Assembly (NCBI GenBank): GCA_963816145.1
Contig: CAWFJP010000031.1
Location: 480,001 to 544,000 of the forward strand
Direction: 5' to 3'
DNA from: an uncultured delta proteobacterium
GTDB taxonomy: Bacteria > Desulfobacterota > Binatia > UBA9968
Length of the DNA: 64,000 nt
The notes beneath the pieces are model-generated. The model had not been told where the DNA came from. It did no database searches and worked only from the letters and a program-made list of their open reading frames with translations. The position numbers and the translations under genes were made by a program. How positions within the stretch are numbered: the stretch's first letter is position 1; every line of letters starts with the position of its first letter. Of this stretch, positions 1 through 9,640 are shown one piece after another.

Positions 1-799
1 GGGTGTCGTCGATGCCCGGGGTGTTTTTGAAATAGGCGGCTTCGGTGCCGCTCTTTTTCAGTTCTTCCAGGCACTGGCGCATGCCGTGCAGCATGGCGAC
101 TTGCAGCACTGTCGGGATGCAGCCGACACGGCCGCCCAGTTCGCCGTAGCGTTGGATGGTCATCACGCCGCGCGGCGGCACGCCGACCAGCGGTTTGCCG
201 AGTTTGGCGTAGGCGAGGATTTCTTCCTCCGTGCGCGCGCTGACCCATGAAGCGTCGGCGCCGGCTTCGATACACGCCTGGGTGCGTTCGAGGCGCTCTT
301 GCAGCGAGTCCTTGGCTTCCGAACGGGCGATAATGACGAGGTCCTGATCGGTACGCGCGTCCACCGCCGCTTTGATTTTCGCGACGAATTCCTGGCGCGA
401 GATCAGACCGACATCGAAGCCTTCATGGCCGGCGCGTTTGGGCGTCATCTGATCTTCGATGTGGATGGCGGCGACGCCGGCGCGGTCGAATTCCTTTACC
501 GCGCGAAAGACGTTGACGGCGTTGCCGTAGCCGGTCTCGGCGTCGCTGACGATGGGAATGTTGACCGCGTCGACGATTTCGCGCGCCTTATTGATCATTT
601 CGGTAAGCGTGAGTAGGCCGGCGTCGGCGAAGCCAAGCGAACGATGTTGTCCGCTGCCGGAAATATGCACCAGCGGAAATTTCAGCCACTCGACGAGCCG
701 GGCCTGGATGCCATCGTTACAGCTCGGCGCCAGATGGCAGGTCGGTTGCTGCATCATCGCCTTCAATGCTTTGCGTTTTTCATTTGCGGTCATTGCCAT
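1..799 (-). CDS. Isocitrate lyase/PEP mutase superfamily protein (3' end outside window)
   Basis: Hand translation from ATG at 799 (RBS AAGGA): MAMTANEKRK...LGFADAGLLTLTEM...IVSDAETGYGNAVN...IHIEDQMTPKRAGHEG...IIARSEA; absent from the ORF track because it runs off the edge. Confidence 0.9.
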   Translation of the reverse strand, partial: MAMTANEKRKALKAMMQQPTCHLAPSCNDGIQARLVEWLKFPLVHISGSGQHRSLGFADAGLLTLTEMINKAREIVDAVNIPIVSDAETGYGNAVNVFRAVKEFDRAGVAAIHIEDQMTPKRAGHEGFDVGLISRQEFVAKIKAAVDARTDQDLVIIARSEAKDSLQERLERTQACIEAGADASWVSARTEEEILAYAKLGKPLVGVPPRGVMTIQRYGELGGRVGCIPTVLQVAMLHGMRQCLEELKKSGTEAAYFKNTPGIDDT

Positions 800-852
800 T
801 ATCTTTTTCTTCCTTTCTCTCTTGCCAATTGTTTTAGTTTGCCGATTCGGAT

Positions 853-878
853 TAGGGCGACCGGCCGGTCGCCCCTAC
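853..878. repeat. GTAG-type REP-like palindrome
   Basis: AGGGCGACCGGCCGGTCGCCCCTAC dyad between two co-oriented genes; a partial copy lies near 2446-2460. Confidence 0.65.
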
Positions 879-879
879 G

Positions 880-1563
880 TCATGCCCGTTGTGTTCCCTT
901 GTGGGCGAATTCATCCCTGCGGCCGACAGTGGCTTTCAACAGTTCCGGCGGAATTATCTTGGCGCCGCCCAGCACTTCGGCGTAGATCGCCATCTGCGCC
1001 GCTTCTTCGACGATCAAATTCGCGCGCGCCGCGGCGGCGGGATTGGCGCCGAAGGCGAGCACGCCGTGATTTTCCAACAGCACGGCTTTGGTATTTTTCG
1101 TGGCGTTCAAGGCGGTGACGATGTTGGCGATGGATTCGCCGGAGCCGCGCGGGCCATATTTCGCCAAGGGCACGCCTTCGGCCATTTCATTGCGCACCAG
1201 CGCTTCGTAGGAGCAGCCCAGCGCCCGGCTCGCAAGGGCGAAGCTGGTGGCGTAGGTCGAGTGGGTGTGGACGACGGCGCCGGTCTCCGGCCGTTCTTTA
1301 TAGACGATGGCGTGCATGTGGACGATCTCGGCGTTGGTCGGATTGATCTCGCCTTCGACCAGTTTGCCATCGAGATCGAGCAGCGCGAGGTTTTCCGGCT
1401 GTAAATTATCGAAGGAGCTCGATGCGGTGAGCAAGATCGTGTCGGTGCCGGGCACGCGCACGCTAAAGTTGCCATGGTGGCTCATCGAGATCGCGCCGAT
1501 GCGCACAAGAAAATTCGCGCTATCGATGACCGCTTGGCGCAATTCGCCATGTTTGAGTGTCAT
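880..1563 (-). CDS. Class II aldolase/adducin family protein
   Basis: GNFSVR, E...H, VVHTHS, LLENHG motifs; start at MTLKHG preceded by RBS GGGAGG. Confidence 0.9.
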   Translation of the reverse strand: MTLKHGELRQAVIDSANFLVRIGAISMSHHGNFSVRVPGTDTILLTASSSFDNLQPENLALLDLDGKLVEGEINPTNAEIVHMHAIVYKERPETGAVVHTHSTYATSFALASRALGCSYEALVRNEMAEGVPLAKYGPRGSGESIANIVTALNATKNTKAVLLENHGVLAFGANPAAAARANLIVEEAAQMAIYAEVLGGAKIIPPELLKATVGRRDEFAHKGTQRA

Positions 1564-1631
1564 TGGTTTTCCCTCCCTTTGTTCGACCGACAATATCTTG
1601 TTTAATTAGCGCGTCTCAAGCCCGTTGGTTG

Positions 1632-2309
1632 TCAGGATTCCAGCCGGCTGCTGAAATACTCCCAAGCGCGATTGGAGACCTCTTCACCGGAGACCTGCGG
1701 GTAAATGACTTGGAGTTCTTCCGGCGTGAAATAGCGCGGCTTGCCCGCAGACATGGCGCGCAGCTGATAATTCGCCGCTTCCTCCATCCACAGCGTCATG
1801 ATGCAAACGCGCCGGACGTCTTTGTTGGCGACGTTGACGCCGTGGCCGCGCAATAGCATCGCGCCATGCGGCCCGAGGGTTTTCGCGACATCGTCGCCCA
1901 ACTCGCGGCTGCGAATCAAAGTGACCGGATCGAAGACTTGCACGTCGTTCTTAAACACCGCGCCGGATGCGTGCAGCGGTCGAATGGTTTCGCCCAGCGA
2001 GCCCAGCACAACGCAGCTCGGTGGATGAACATGGCAGACCGATTGGACATCGGGGCGCGCCTGATAAATTCGCGCGTGAATCCAGAATTCGGTGTTCGGC
2101 CGGCCGTCGCCGGAAAGCTGGTTGCCGTCGACATCCAGGGTTAGCAAATTATCCTTGCGCACCAGTGCCGGGCTCATGCGCGGCGGAAAGATAAATGTGT
2201 TCGTGCCGGGGATTCGCGCGCTCACATGACCAAAAGCGGCGGCGATGCCTTGCTGGTGCAGAATATGGCTGGCGGTGACTACGTTTTGCTTGAGTTCGTC
2301 AATGTCCAT
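1632..2309 (-). CDS. Class II aldolase/adducin family protein
   Basis: FGHVSAR, EFWIHARIY, CHVHP, LLRGHG; RBS GAGG before MDIDE. Confidence 0.9.
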   Translation of the reverse strand: MDIDELKQNVVTASHILHQQGIAAAFGHVSARIPGTNTFIFPPRMSPALVRKDNLLTLDVDGNQLSGDGRPNTEFWIHARIYQARPDVQSVCHVHPPSCVVLGSLGETIRPLHASGAVFKNDVQVFDPVTLIRSRELGDDVAKTLGPHGAMLLRGHGVNVANKDVRRVCIMTLWMEEAANYQLRAMSAGKPRYFTPEELQVIYPQVSGEEVSNRAWEYFSSRLES

Positions 2310-2466
2310 GGGCTTACCTCTCGCGAAGCATCTGTGCTCAATCACTTATGCCAAGGCGAGAACAATGTCCACGGCTCTCCGGCCTTGGAAAGAGACCCCT
2401 GGAAGGCGAGGCAGAAAATCCGGCTCGATGGCTCGAGCCGGATCCCGGCGGTCGCCCCTAAGGTTT

Positions 2467-3555
2467 TTATATGTGAAACAATCTTTGCGGATTGGCCGAG
2501 AGGATTTTATCGATGGTCGCGTCGCTCAGATCGCCGCGGGCTTTGAGTCCATTGGCCAGCTGGTCTTGGCGAAAAGCGTCGCCATGGGGAAAGTCGGTGG
2601 CGGTGACGAGAAAATCATCGCCGTTCTTGCCGATGATGTACGGCAGATCGTCGTCCAAGGCACAGGAGACAAAGACGCGCTCGGCGAGCCAGTGATCGAC
2701 TTTCGCACGATTGTGGCCGCGCAGTCCTTTGAGCAGCCGCACGGTCCATTCCGAGCCGGCTTCCAAGAATGCAACACGCAGTTTGGGAAAATCTTCGAGC
2801 AGCTTTGAGCCGAGAATTTGTTGGAAGGCGTAGAGCACGTAAGGGCCGCTGACAATGCCTTTGCCGAGCGGATGGACATGGGGACTGCCGTCTTCGTAGG
2901 TCGGCCGCGGCACGCCTTGAAACATATCCCGGATCATCGGGCTCGAGCCGTTGCCGACATGGACGGTTATCGGCAAATCTTGATTCGCCGCCTCTTCGTA
3001 GATCGGCCAGTGGTCGGGGTGAGTAAGCGGACGGTCCCATTCGATGCCGCGAGCGTAGATGCCGGCGACGCAGCCGAGCGTTTTTACCCGGCGGATTTCC
3101 TTTACTGCCATGTCCGGACGACGCCAGGGCACGATGGCGACGTACCAAATCCTGCCGCCGGACTGGGAGCACTGAATCGCCATGAATTGGTTGTAGCTGC
3201 GCGCCAGCGCGGCTTCGAGTTCGACGTTCTCCGCCAAACAGCCGAGCCAGATCGACGGAAAGACCACTTGGGTGTCGATACCCAACTCGTCCATGTGGCG
3301 CACGCGAGTTTGGACGTCGCGCATTTCCTGCACCGGAATCGAGACGCCTTTTTCTCCGGCTCTCTTCATGGTCGTTGGATTGGCGGCGAAGAATCGCAGT
3401 TTGTAGTCGATCACCCAGGCAGCGTTGTGCCAGCCGAAGCAGGTGTCCTCGGGAAACGTCACCGGGATCGGCCGTAAAAGATAAAATTCCGGGTCGAGAT
3501 ATTGCCAAGTTTCGACACACTCTTCGACATGAGCGTCACAATCGATTACACGCAT
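2467..3555 (-). CDS. Amidohydrolase-2 family metal-dependent hydrolase/decarboxylase
   Basis: IDCDAHVEE, VHVG, FLEAG, ATDFPHGD motifs. Confidence 0.9.
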   Translation of the reverse strand: MRVIDCDAHVEECVETWQYLDPEFYLLRPIPVTFPEDTCFGWHNAAWVIDYKLRFFAANPTTMKRAGEKGVSIPVQEMRDVQTRVRHMDELGIDTQVVFPSIWLGCLAENVELEAALARSYNQFMAIQCSQSGGRIWYVAIVPWRRPDMAVKEIRRVKTLGCVAGIYARGIEWDRPLTHPDHWPIYEEAANQDLPITVHVGNGSSPMIRDMFQGVPRPTYEDGSPHVHPLGKGIVSGPYVLYAFQQILGSKLLEDFPKLRVAFLEAGSEWTVRLLKGLRGHNRAKVDHWLAERVFVSCALDDDLPYIIGKNGDDFLVTATDFPHGDAFRQDQLANGLKARGDLSDATIDKILSANPQRLFHI

Positions 3556-3686
3556 ACTTCGTTCCTTTTCTCGCCGCGATTTAGCTCGACAAATTATGGC
3601 AGCGCGGCGGCGCTGTCAAATCGGCGCACGCTTGACAAGCCAGCGCCCGAAGATTCATTCGTGGGGAATTTGCAGACCAGATTCCA

Positions 3687-3960
3687 TTCACCGCGAAGTG
3701 TTCATGAGCTTGCGCTCGTCTACCGAGTATGAAATTGCATCTTTCCCCCAGCGCCACATGGCTCCTTGTCTGATTCGTCATGCCGGCGCAGGCCGGCATC
3801 CAAGGGAGGGAGGGGATGGATACCGGCTTTCGCCGGTATGACGTAAGTCTCATGCCAATTCGTCGCCCAAATCTTACCTATACATGTATATTCAAAGGAA
3901 ACACGAAGAGCACGAAGGTCGAAATATTCTTACTCCGAAACCTTCGTGTCCTTCGTGGTG
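3687..3960. mobile_element. Nested composite MITE/REP element (copy 1; homologous to 37251-37510)
   Basis: Same ordered blocks as the copy at 37251: TTCACC.CGAAG / TGT.CATGAGC..CGCTCGTC..GAGTATGAAATTGCA / REP pair GTCATGCCGG..CCGGTATGAC / CAATTCGTCGC..CATGTAT / CGAAGAGCACGAA..CTTCGTG. Confidence 0.75.
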
Positions 3961-3998
3961 AGAAGGGATGTTTTCTCTTTGGCTGGAATTACCAATCG

Positions 3999-5162
3999 CT
4001 ATTTGATGACGTTGGCCGCGCGCAGTTCGCTCAACTGCGCGGCGCTCAAGCCCAACACGTTTCCTAAGACAGAGTCGGTGTGCTGGCCCAGCAGCGGGGC
4101 GTCGTCGCGGATGCTGGTCGGCGTCTTTGACATGTGAATCCATGGCGCCAAGAGTTTCGTCGGGCCGGCGACCGGATGATTTCTCTCGATGAAAGCTTTC
4201 CGTTCCTTGATATGTTCGTCCTCGATGACTTCACCCATGGACAGCACCGGCGCGCCAAAGTAGTCGATATGGCGCAAGCCTTGCCAAAGTTCTTGGCGGG
4301 TTTTGGTCTTGGCCCAGTCTTTGACCAGCGTGTGTAAGGCCGCACGATTTTGCTTCCGCGCCGCGCCGTCCGAGAAACGCGGATCTTGGAGCAGATCGTC
4401 GCGCTCCATTAATTTCGCGAGCTTCGCCCAACCGCCGTCGCTCACATCGGGTATGCGCAGCGTGAAATAGCCGTCCGCCGCCGGCACCGGATAATTGCCG
4501 ACTTCGATGCCGATGAAGTGTTCGTGAAACTCGCTGATCATGAAACCCAACAGCGCTTCCTGCATCGATACGGCGATGCGCTGGCCTTCGCCGGTCTTTT
4601 CTCGCGCGTGCAGTGCCGCCAGGATGCCGCACACCATGCTGATACCGGCGGCTTCGTCGCCGATGCCGATCGCTTTGGTGCCCGGCGCTTTGCTGTACTG
4701 CCAGCCGGTGTGGGTCCAGCCGGTCATGCTGTTGTTGGTGTGCGCCGTGCTGCCGTAATCTTTGTACGGCCCCGACTCGCCGAAGCCGCGCGTGCAGGAG
4801 TAGATGATCCGCGGGTTGATCTTCTTCAGATCCTCATAGCCCAGGCCAAATTTTTCCATCTGCCCAGTGTGGTAGTTTTCCACGACGACATCGGCTTTGG
4901 CGATCAACTGGCGCGCCAAATCGACGCCCAGGGCGGTTTTCAAATTCAATACCACGCTTTTCTTGTTGACGTTGACCCACAAGAATTCGTAAGCATCGAC
5001 CTTGGCGTTGGGCGGCATCCACGAGCGGCGAAAGCCGTCGCCGGCGGGTGGCTCGATTTTAATAATTTCTGCGCCAAGGTGGCCGAGCAGCATGGTGCAG
5101 AACGGGCCGTTCAAAGCATGGGTAAAGTCGATCACGCGAATATCGTCCAGTGCGCCGGGCAT
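3999..5162 (-). CDS. Family III CoA-transferase (CaiB/BaiF)
   Basis: IRVIDFT..GPFCTMLL..LGAEIIKIEPP.GD; DVVVENY; catalytic Asp in GIGDEAAG; APLLGQHT. Confidence 0.93.
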   Translation of the reverse strand: MPGALDDIRVIDFTHALNGPFCTMLLGHLGAEIIKIEPPAGDGFRRSWMPPNAKVDAYEFLWVNVNKKSVVLNLKTALGVDLARQLIAKADVVVENYHTGQMEKFGLGYEDLKKINPRIIYSCTRGFGESGPYKDYGSTAHTNNSMTGWTHTGWQYSKAPGTKAIGIGDEAAGISMVCGILAALHAREKTGEGQRIAVSMQEALLGFMISEFHEHFIGIEVGNYPVPAADGYFTLRIPDVSDGGWAKLAKLMERDDLLQDPRFSDGAARKQNRAALHTLVKDWAKTKTRQELWQGLRHIDYFGAPVLSMGEVIEDEHIKERKAFIERNHPVAGPTKLLAPWIHMSKTPTSIRDDAPLLGQHTDSVLGNVLGLSAAQLSELRAANVIK

Positions 5163-5238
5163 GTTTTCCTACCTCCGTGGAGATTTTCGCTGTTCCATAT
5201 CAATATCGGACGAAAGAAGCGAGCCTAAGTTGCTCTGT

Positions 5239-5415
5239 TTACGCAGGCTTAAACTTCGCCAGCGTCACTTCTGGTGTTACATCATCAAAATGCACCTTGA
5301 CCGCCATACCGACTTTCACATCTTCCCGTGGGCAACCGATGATGTTGCTGACGAGCTGCACGCGTCCGCCGATGCCGGCGATGGCGGTTTTGTCCTTGAT
5401 AGCTTGCTCAGGCAT
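5239..5415 (-). pseudogene. Chimeric remnant: thiolase-like N-terminus fused to DUF35/OB-fold C-terminus
   Basis: MPEQAIKDKTAIAGIG (typical thiolase start) joined directly to VQLVSNIIGCPREDVKVGMAVKVHFDDVTPEVTLAKFKPA (typical DUF35 end); only 58 aa. Confidence 0.7.
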
Positions 5416-5641
5416 GAAATTTCCCCCTAAAAAAAAAGGCGCGGGTGCTCCGCTTAGCTGATTTAGCCGGACCATACCACGAAACAGCGGGCCGGCAAGA
5501 GAATTTCAGCGTGGCAATCCTCGCTCTACCGCGACGACAAATCCTTGACAGGGAGCCGACGGCGGGGCTAGCTTGCCCTATGTCGTTGATGCTTGCCGAC
5601 TCGAAAAGACGATCGCCGTACCCGCGGTCCGAGGAGGAACG

Positions 5642-6727
5642 ATGAAATTCTCCGCTGAGTTCACGCATGCTCTGTTAGCTGTGTTTTTCACCTTCGCTGC
5701 ACCGTCGGTGCTGGTAGTGCGAGCGGCGACGGTGGAAGAGATCGCCTTGATGAAATCGCCCAACCGCGAAAAGATTCTCATCGAAGGGGCGAAGAAAGAG
5801 GGCAAGGTGTCTTTTTACACCGGACTGATCGTCGATCAGGTGGTACGGCCGGTGAAGGATGCCTTCGAGAAGGAGTATCCATTTCTTCAAGTCGAGTTTT
5901 TTCGCGCCAACGCCGACCGTCTGGCGCAGCGGGTGTTGGCGGAGCATCAAGCCAAACGTTACGAGGTCGATGTCGCTAGCGGCAGCGCCGCGGCGACGAT
6001 GTTGCAGCGCGCCGGCTTGATGCAGCGCTTTTATTCGCCGCCCATAGCTGAGTATCCGCGCGAACTGAAAGATCCCAATGGCTTCTGGGGTAGCACCAAC
6101 GTTTACTTCATGACGCTGGGTTACAATACGCGCAACGTGAAAGCGGCTGAGCTGCCGAAGAGCTACGAAGACCTGCTCAACCCGCGTTGGAAAGGCCAGA
6201 TGATGTGGTCGACCAGCCGCGGTTCGGGCGCGCCGCAGTTCATCGGCAATATTTTTGTGAGCATGGGCCAGGAAGCGGGCAAGGCCTATCTGCAAAAGTT
6301 AAAACAGCAGAACATTGCCAAGAGCACCGCCAGCGCGCGGCAGATCCTCGATCTGGTTATCGCCGGCGAATATCCGCTGGCGATTCAGATCTTCAACCAC
6401 CATGCGTACATCAGCAAAGCTGCCGGCGCGCCGGTGGAGTGGCACCCGCTGGAGCCCGTGACTGCAACCAACAACTCCATCGGTCTGGTCAAAACCGCGC
6501 CGCATCCGCATGCCTCGATGCTCTTTCTCGACTTCGTGCTTTCGCGCAAAGGTCAACGGGTATTTCAAGCCGCCAACTACCTACCGGCGCATCCCGACGT
6601 GCCGGCGTTGCAAGCCGATTTAAAACCTGGCGTGCGCTTCAAGAAAGCGAACTATTTAAGTCCTGAATTGCTATACGATAAGAGCAACGAGTGGGCGGAT
6701 TATTTTGAGAAAGAGTTTTTACGCTGA
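5642..6727 (+). CDS. ABC transporter solute-binding protein (AfuA/Fe3+-like cluster)
   Basis: Signal peptide; GAKKEGKV.FYT, LGYNT, PKSYEDLLNPRWKG, APHPHAS.LF.DF.LS; RBS GAGGAGG. Confidence 0.9.
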   Translation: MKFSAEFTHALLAVFFTFAAPSVLVVRAATVEEIALMKSPNREKILIEGAKKEGKVSFYTGLIVDQVVRPVKDAFEKEYPFLQVEFFRANADRLAQRVLAEHQAKRYEVDVASGSAAATMLQRAGLMQRFYSPPIAEYPRELKDPNGFWGSTNVYFMTLGYNTRNVKAAELPKSYEDLLNPRWKGQMMWSTSRGSGAPQFIGNIFVSMGQEAGKAYLQKLKQQNIAKSTASARQILDLVIAGEYPLAIQIFNHHAYISKAAGAPVEWHPLEPVTATNNSIGLVKTAPHPHASMLFLDFVLSRKGQRVFQAANYLPAHPDVPALQADLKPGVRFKKANYLSPELLYDKSNEWADYFEKEFLR

Positions 6728-6773
6728 GGGCGCGCAATAGAGTGGCATTCAACGATCGTTCAAGTGTTACCAC

Positions 6774-7487
6774 ATGAAAATAACTCATTGCCGCCCTGAC
6801 ATCGCGTTTGTACCGGAGACCAGGATTGGCTTTTGGTTTCTAGGCACCCAGACTTGGACTGCACATGTCCTCAAAGTCGCGCTTGACGATTTGGAACGGC
6901 TGATTCCGCAACGCAAGCCATCCTATCCGATCGTGCTTGATGTTGGCTGCGGCCAAGGTAAATCGTTCCGGCTGTTGATCGAGCATTTCGCGCCGCAGCG
7001 CTTGATCGGAGTCGATGCCGAAGAGAAGTGTCTGCAACTTGCCCAAGTCGAGGCGTCGAACGAGAATATTCCAATCGAACTCCGTCACGGCGATATCGCG
7101 GTGCTCGACATGGCCGATGCCAGCGTGGATCTGGTGTTTTGTCATCAGACGTTTCACCATCTCATGCAACAGCAAATGGCTTTGGCGCAAATGTTTCGCG
7201 TGCTCAAGCCCGGCGGGCTATTGTTGTTCGCCGAATCGACACGTGCCTACATCCACTCTTGGATTATTCGCCTATTGTTTCGCCATCCGATGCATGTGCA
7301 GCGCAGTGCCGTCGAGTATATGGCGATGATTCGGGATCAGGGTTTTGTCTTTGGCTCGCAGAATGTCTCGCTGCCCTATCTTTGGTGGAGCCGATCGGAT
7401 CTCGGTGCGTTCCAGTGGTTTGGTTTCGGCGTCCCAGCGCAACGGGAAGAAACGCTAGTCAACCTTGCTGCGGTCAAGCCCGCGTAG
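6774..7487 (+). CDS. Class I SAM-dependent methyltransferase
   Basis: VLDVGCGQG motif I; SVDLVF..FHH; FRVLKPGG. Confidence 0.9.
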   Translation: MKITHCRPDIAFVPETRIGFWFLGTQTWTAHVLKVALDDLERLIPQRKPSYPIVLDVGCGQGKSFRLLIEHFAPQRLIGVDAEEKCLQLAQVEASNENIPIELRHGDIAVLDMADASVDLVFCHQTFHHLMQQQMALAQMFRVLKPGGLLLFAESTRAYIHSWIIRLLFRHPMHVQRSAVEYMAMIRDQGFVFGSQNVSLPYLWWSRSDLGAFQWFGFGVPAQREETLVNLAAVKPA

Positions 7488-7552
7488 TAGAACCGCATCG
7501 ACTAAGTTGTGCTTCGGTGACCAGTTACCTGAGATTCTAAAAGGAGTAAAAA

Positions 7553-8323
7553 ATGAGTTCAGATATCGAAGACGTCAAGCGTGAAGTGGCAGCAGCGAAT
7601 CGCGTACTTGCCAATCTTGGTTTAGCGACCGGCTTTGCCTCGGCGTTTGGCCACGCGAGCATGCGGGTTCCCGCGGAGCCGAATCATTTTTTCGTCAAAG
7701 GACGTGAATACGAGTATGATGGCCTGGCGATCATGGAGGCCGACGACATGGTCATGTGCGACACTGAGGGGTTCTTGGTCGGCGGACGTGCCGGACTGAC
7801 GCAGTGCTCGGAAGTCAAAATTCACGCGTGCATCTACAAAACCCACCCGAATGTTCAGTCGGTCGTGCATGTGCATCCGCGCTATACGGTACTCATGAGC
7901 ATCTTGACCGGCGGGCTAAGGCCGATGTGTCAGGAGGGCGCGCAGTTGGTGCAGCGGGCGCTGCCGATCTATCCCCACGTCAAAACCATTCAGAGCGATA
8001 GCGAAGGCATGGAAGTTGCCACCTTGTTGGGCGAAAGCCAAGCGATGCTGCTTTATGGCCACGGCGCGGTGACGACGGGAAAAAGTCTCTCCGAAGCCGT
8101 GATGGGCATGGCATTCTTGGAAGAACAGGCGCGGATGAACTACCTGGCCTATTGCGCCGAGGGCAAGGACTATAAAAGCTTGCCTGGCAACTTAGTTGAC
8201 GAGATGTCCAATCGCACGCCGCTTTACGAACAGCCCCACTTCAAGGACGTTCTCAAAGGCCGCGCGCCGCAACGCGACGGCACCTGGAACTATCAGAAGC
8301 TGGCGGCGACACGGAAGCCGTGA
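7553..8323 (+). CDS. Class II aldolase/adducin family protein
   Basis: FGHASMR, SEVKIH, VVHVHP, LLYGHG; RBS AAGGAG. Confidence 0.9.
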   Translation: MSSDIEDVKREVAAANRVLANLGLATGFASAFGHASMRVPAEPNHFFVKGREYEYDGLAIMEADDMVMCDTEGFLVGGRAGLTQCSEVKIHACIYKTHPNVQSVVHVHPRYTVLMSILTGGLRPMCQEGAQLVQRALPIYPHVKTIQSDSEGMEVATLLGESQAMLLYGHGAVTTGKSLSEAVMGMAFLEEQARMNYLAYCAEGKDYKSLPGNLVDEMSNRTPLYEQPHFKDVLKGRAPQRDGTWNYQKLAATRKP

Positions 8324-8371
8324 ACGCTTTCTAAAAAAATAAATCCTGTGGGCCGGGTCGCATTGGCTGAA

Positions 8372-9457
8372 CTACAGTCCGTAAAACGTCTTGGCATTAT
8401 CATAAAGGATCTTCCGCACAGCGGTTTGCGAGATCTCTCCTGCGTCGGCGCGTTCTTTGAGCAGGCGCGGGAATTCGTATTCCATGGATGAGTCGCGATG
8501 GGTGTAGTCGGAGCCGACCATCAGGCTGTCTTCGCCGGCGACTTTCAAGATATACGGCAGGTCTTCGTCGACTTGGCAGGTGACGTACATGCGGTTGGCT
8601 TTGAGCAAGTCGGATGACAACGTGTAGCGGGCGAACTGGCTGAAGGTGCCGGCGCCGTCGGCGGCTTTTTCCATGCGCCGTTTAAGTTCCCAGGCGATGA
8701 AGGGAATCCACGAGCAGCCGGCTTCGATGATGCCGAAGCGCAGCTTGGGATATTTCATCGGCAGTTGATGGCGGATGATGGTGTGAAATGCGTGCACCGT
8801 CGGCAACTGCGAGCGCATGAACGAGCCTAAGGAAAATTCCCGCGCTGGCACGAAGTCGGGCGTGCCGGAGCCGATGTGCACGCAAATCGGCAAGTCCAAA
8901 CGATTGGCTTCTTCGTAGAGCGGAAAGTAATACGGGTCAGCGGGCCACTTGCCGGCTTCGAGATCGCCTTTCTTCAAGATGCCGCAGGCGCCATGATCTT
9001 TGGCGAACTGCAACTCCTTGATGGTTTCGTCCATGTTCATCAGCGGCGGCAAACAGACCCAGCGCAGCCGGCCTTTGGACTCGGCGCAGCGGTCGGCGAG
9101 CCAGCGGTTATAACTGCGTCGCAGCGCCGTCGATACTTCCGGCCGCTCGGTGGCTTCCATTAAAAACAAAGTTGGATAAAGCACCTGCACTTCGGTGCCC
9201 ATGGCGTCCATGTCGCGCAATCGTTTTTGCACGTCCAACAGTTCTCGGGTCTCCACCGTCGTGCGCGTGTTGTGGTCGTCGCGCACGAAACGCATCTGGC
9301 GGTGGCCGTCGACCAGCCAATAGCGCACCGGGTTCTTCGACGGGTCGACGCGGCTGGGATTTTGGGTAATCGGTTTGAACTCCTGCTCGAAGTCGCGGAG
9401 ATATTCCCAGGTGTCTTCGGTTTCGTCGATATGCGTGTCGGCATCGATGATCGGCAT
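8372..9457 (-). CDS. Amidohydrolase-2 family protein
   Basis: IDADTHIDE, CVHIG, IEAG, GSDYTH, ILYDNA. Confidence 0.9.
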   Translation of the reverse strand: MPIIDADTHIDETEDTWEYLRDFEQEFKPITQNPSRVDPSKNPVRYWLVDGHRQMRFVRDDHNTRTTVETRELLDVQKRLRDMDAMGTEVQVLYPTLFLMEATERPEVSTALRRSYNRWLADRCAESKGRLRWVCLPPLMNMDETIKELQFAKDHGACGILKKGDLEAGKWPADPYYFPLYEEANRLDLPICVHIGSGTPDFVPAREFSLGSFMRSQLPTVHAFHTIIRHQLPMKYPKLRFGIIEAGCSWIPFIAWELKRRMEKAADGAGTFSQFARYTLSSDLLKANRMYVTCQVDEDLPYILKVAGEDSLMVGSDYTHRDSSMEYEFPRLLKERADAGEISQTAVRKILYDNAKTFYGL

Positions 9458-9548
9458 GGCATGACTCCTTGGCAGATTCGGTCTGGCCGATTTTAATCAC
9501 AAAACGGCAACGGTTGGCAAAGGGACATACGAGTGAGAGAGTCGGCGT

Positions 9549-9628
9549 TCACCACGAAGGCACGAAGGACACGCAGGTTTCGGAAAGGTAATGCTCTGAA
9601 CTTCGTGCACTTCGTGTCTTCGTGGTGA
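9549..9628. repeat. CACCACGAAG-family intergenic palindrome
   Basis: TCACCACGAAGGCACGAAGGACACG...CTTCGTGCACTTCGTGTCTTCGTGGTGA; other copies at about 29670, 32364, 48625, 49338 and 55021. Confidence 0.85.
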
Positions 9629-9640
9629 AAAAGGCGACCG

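Noticed and set aside
3581-3853. Small ORFs across intergenic repeats (3581-3853, 11748-11963, 33579-33893, 37293-37553, 47735-48181)
   Set aside because: They are translations of REP/MITE palindromes (MPA.AGI, WIPA.AGMT, HHEGHE patterns), not genes
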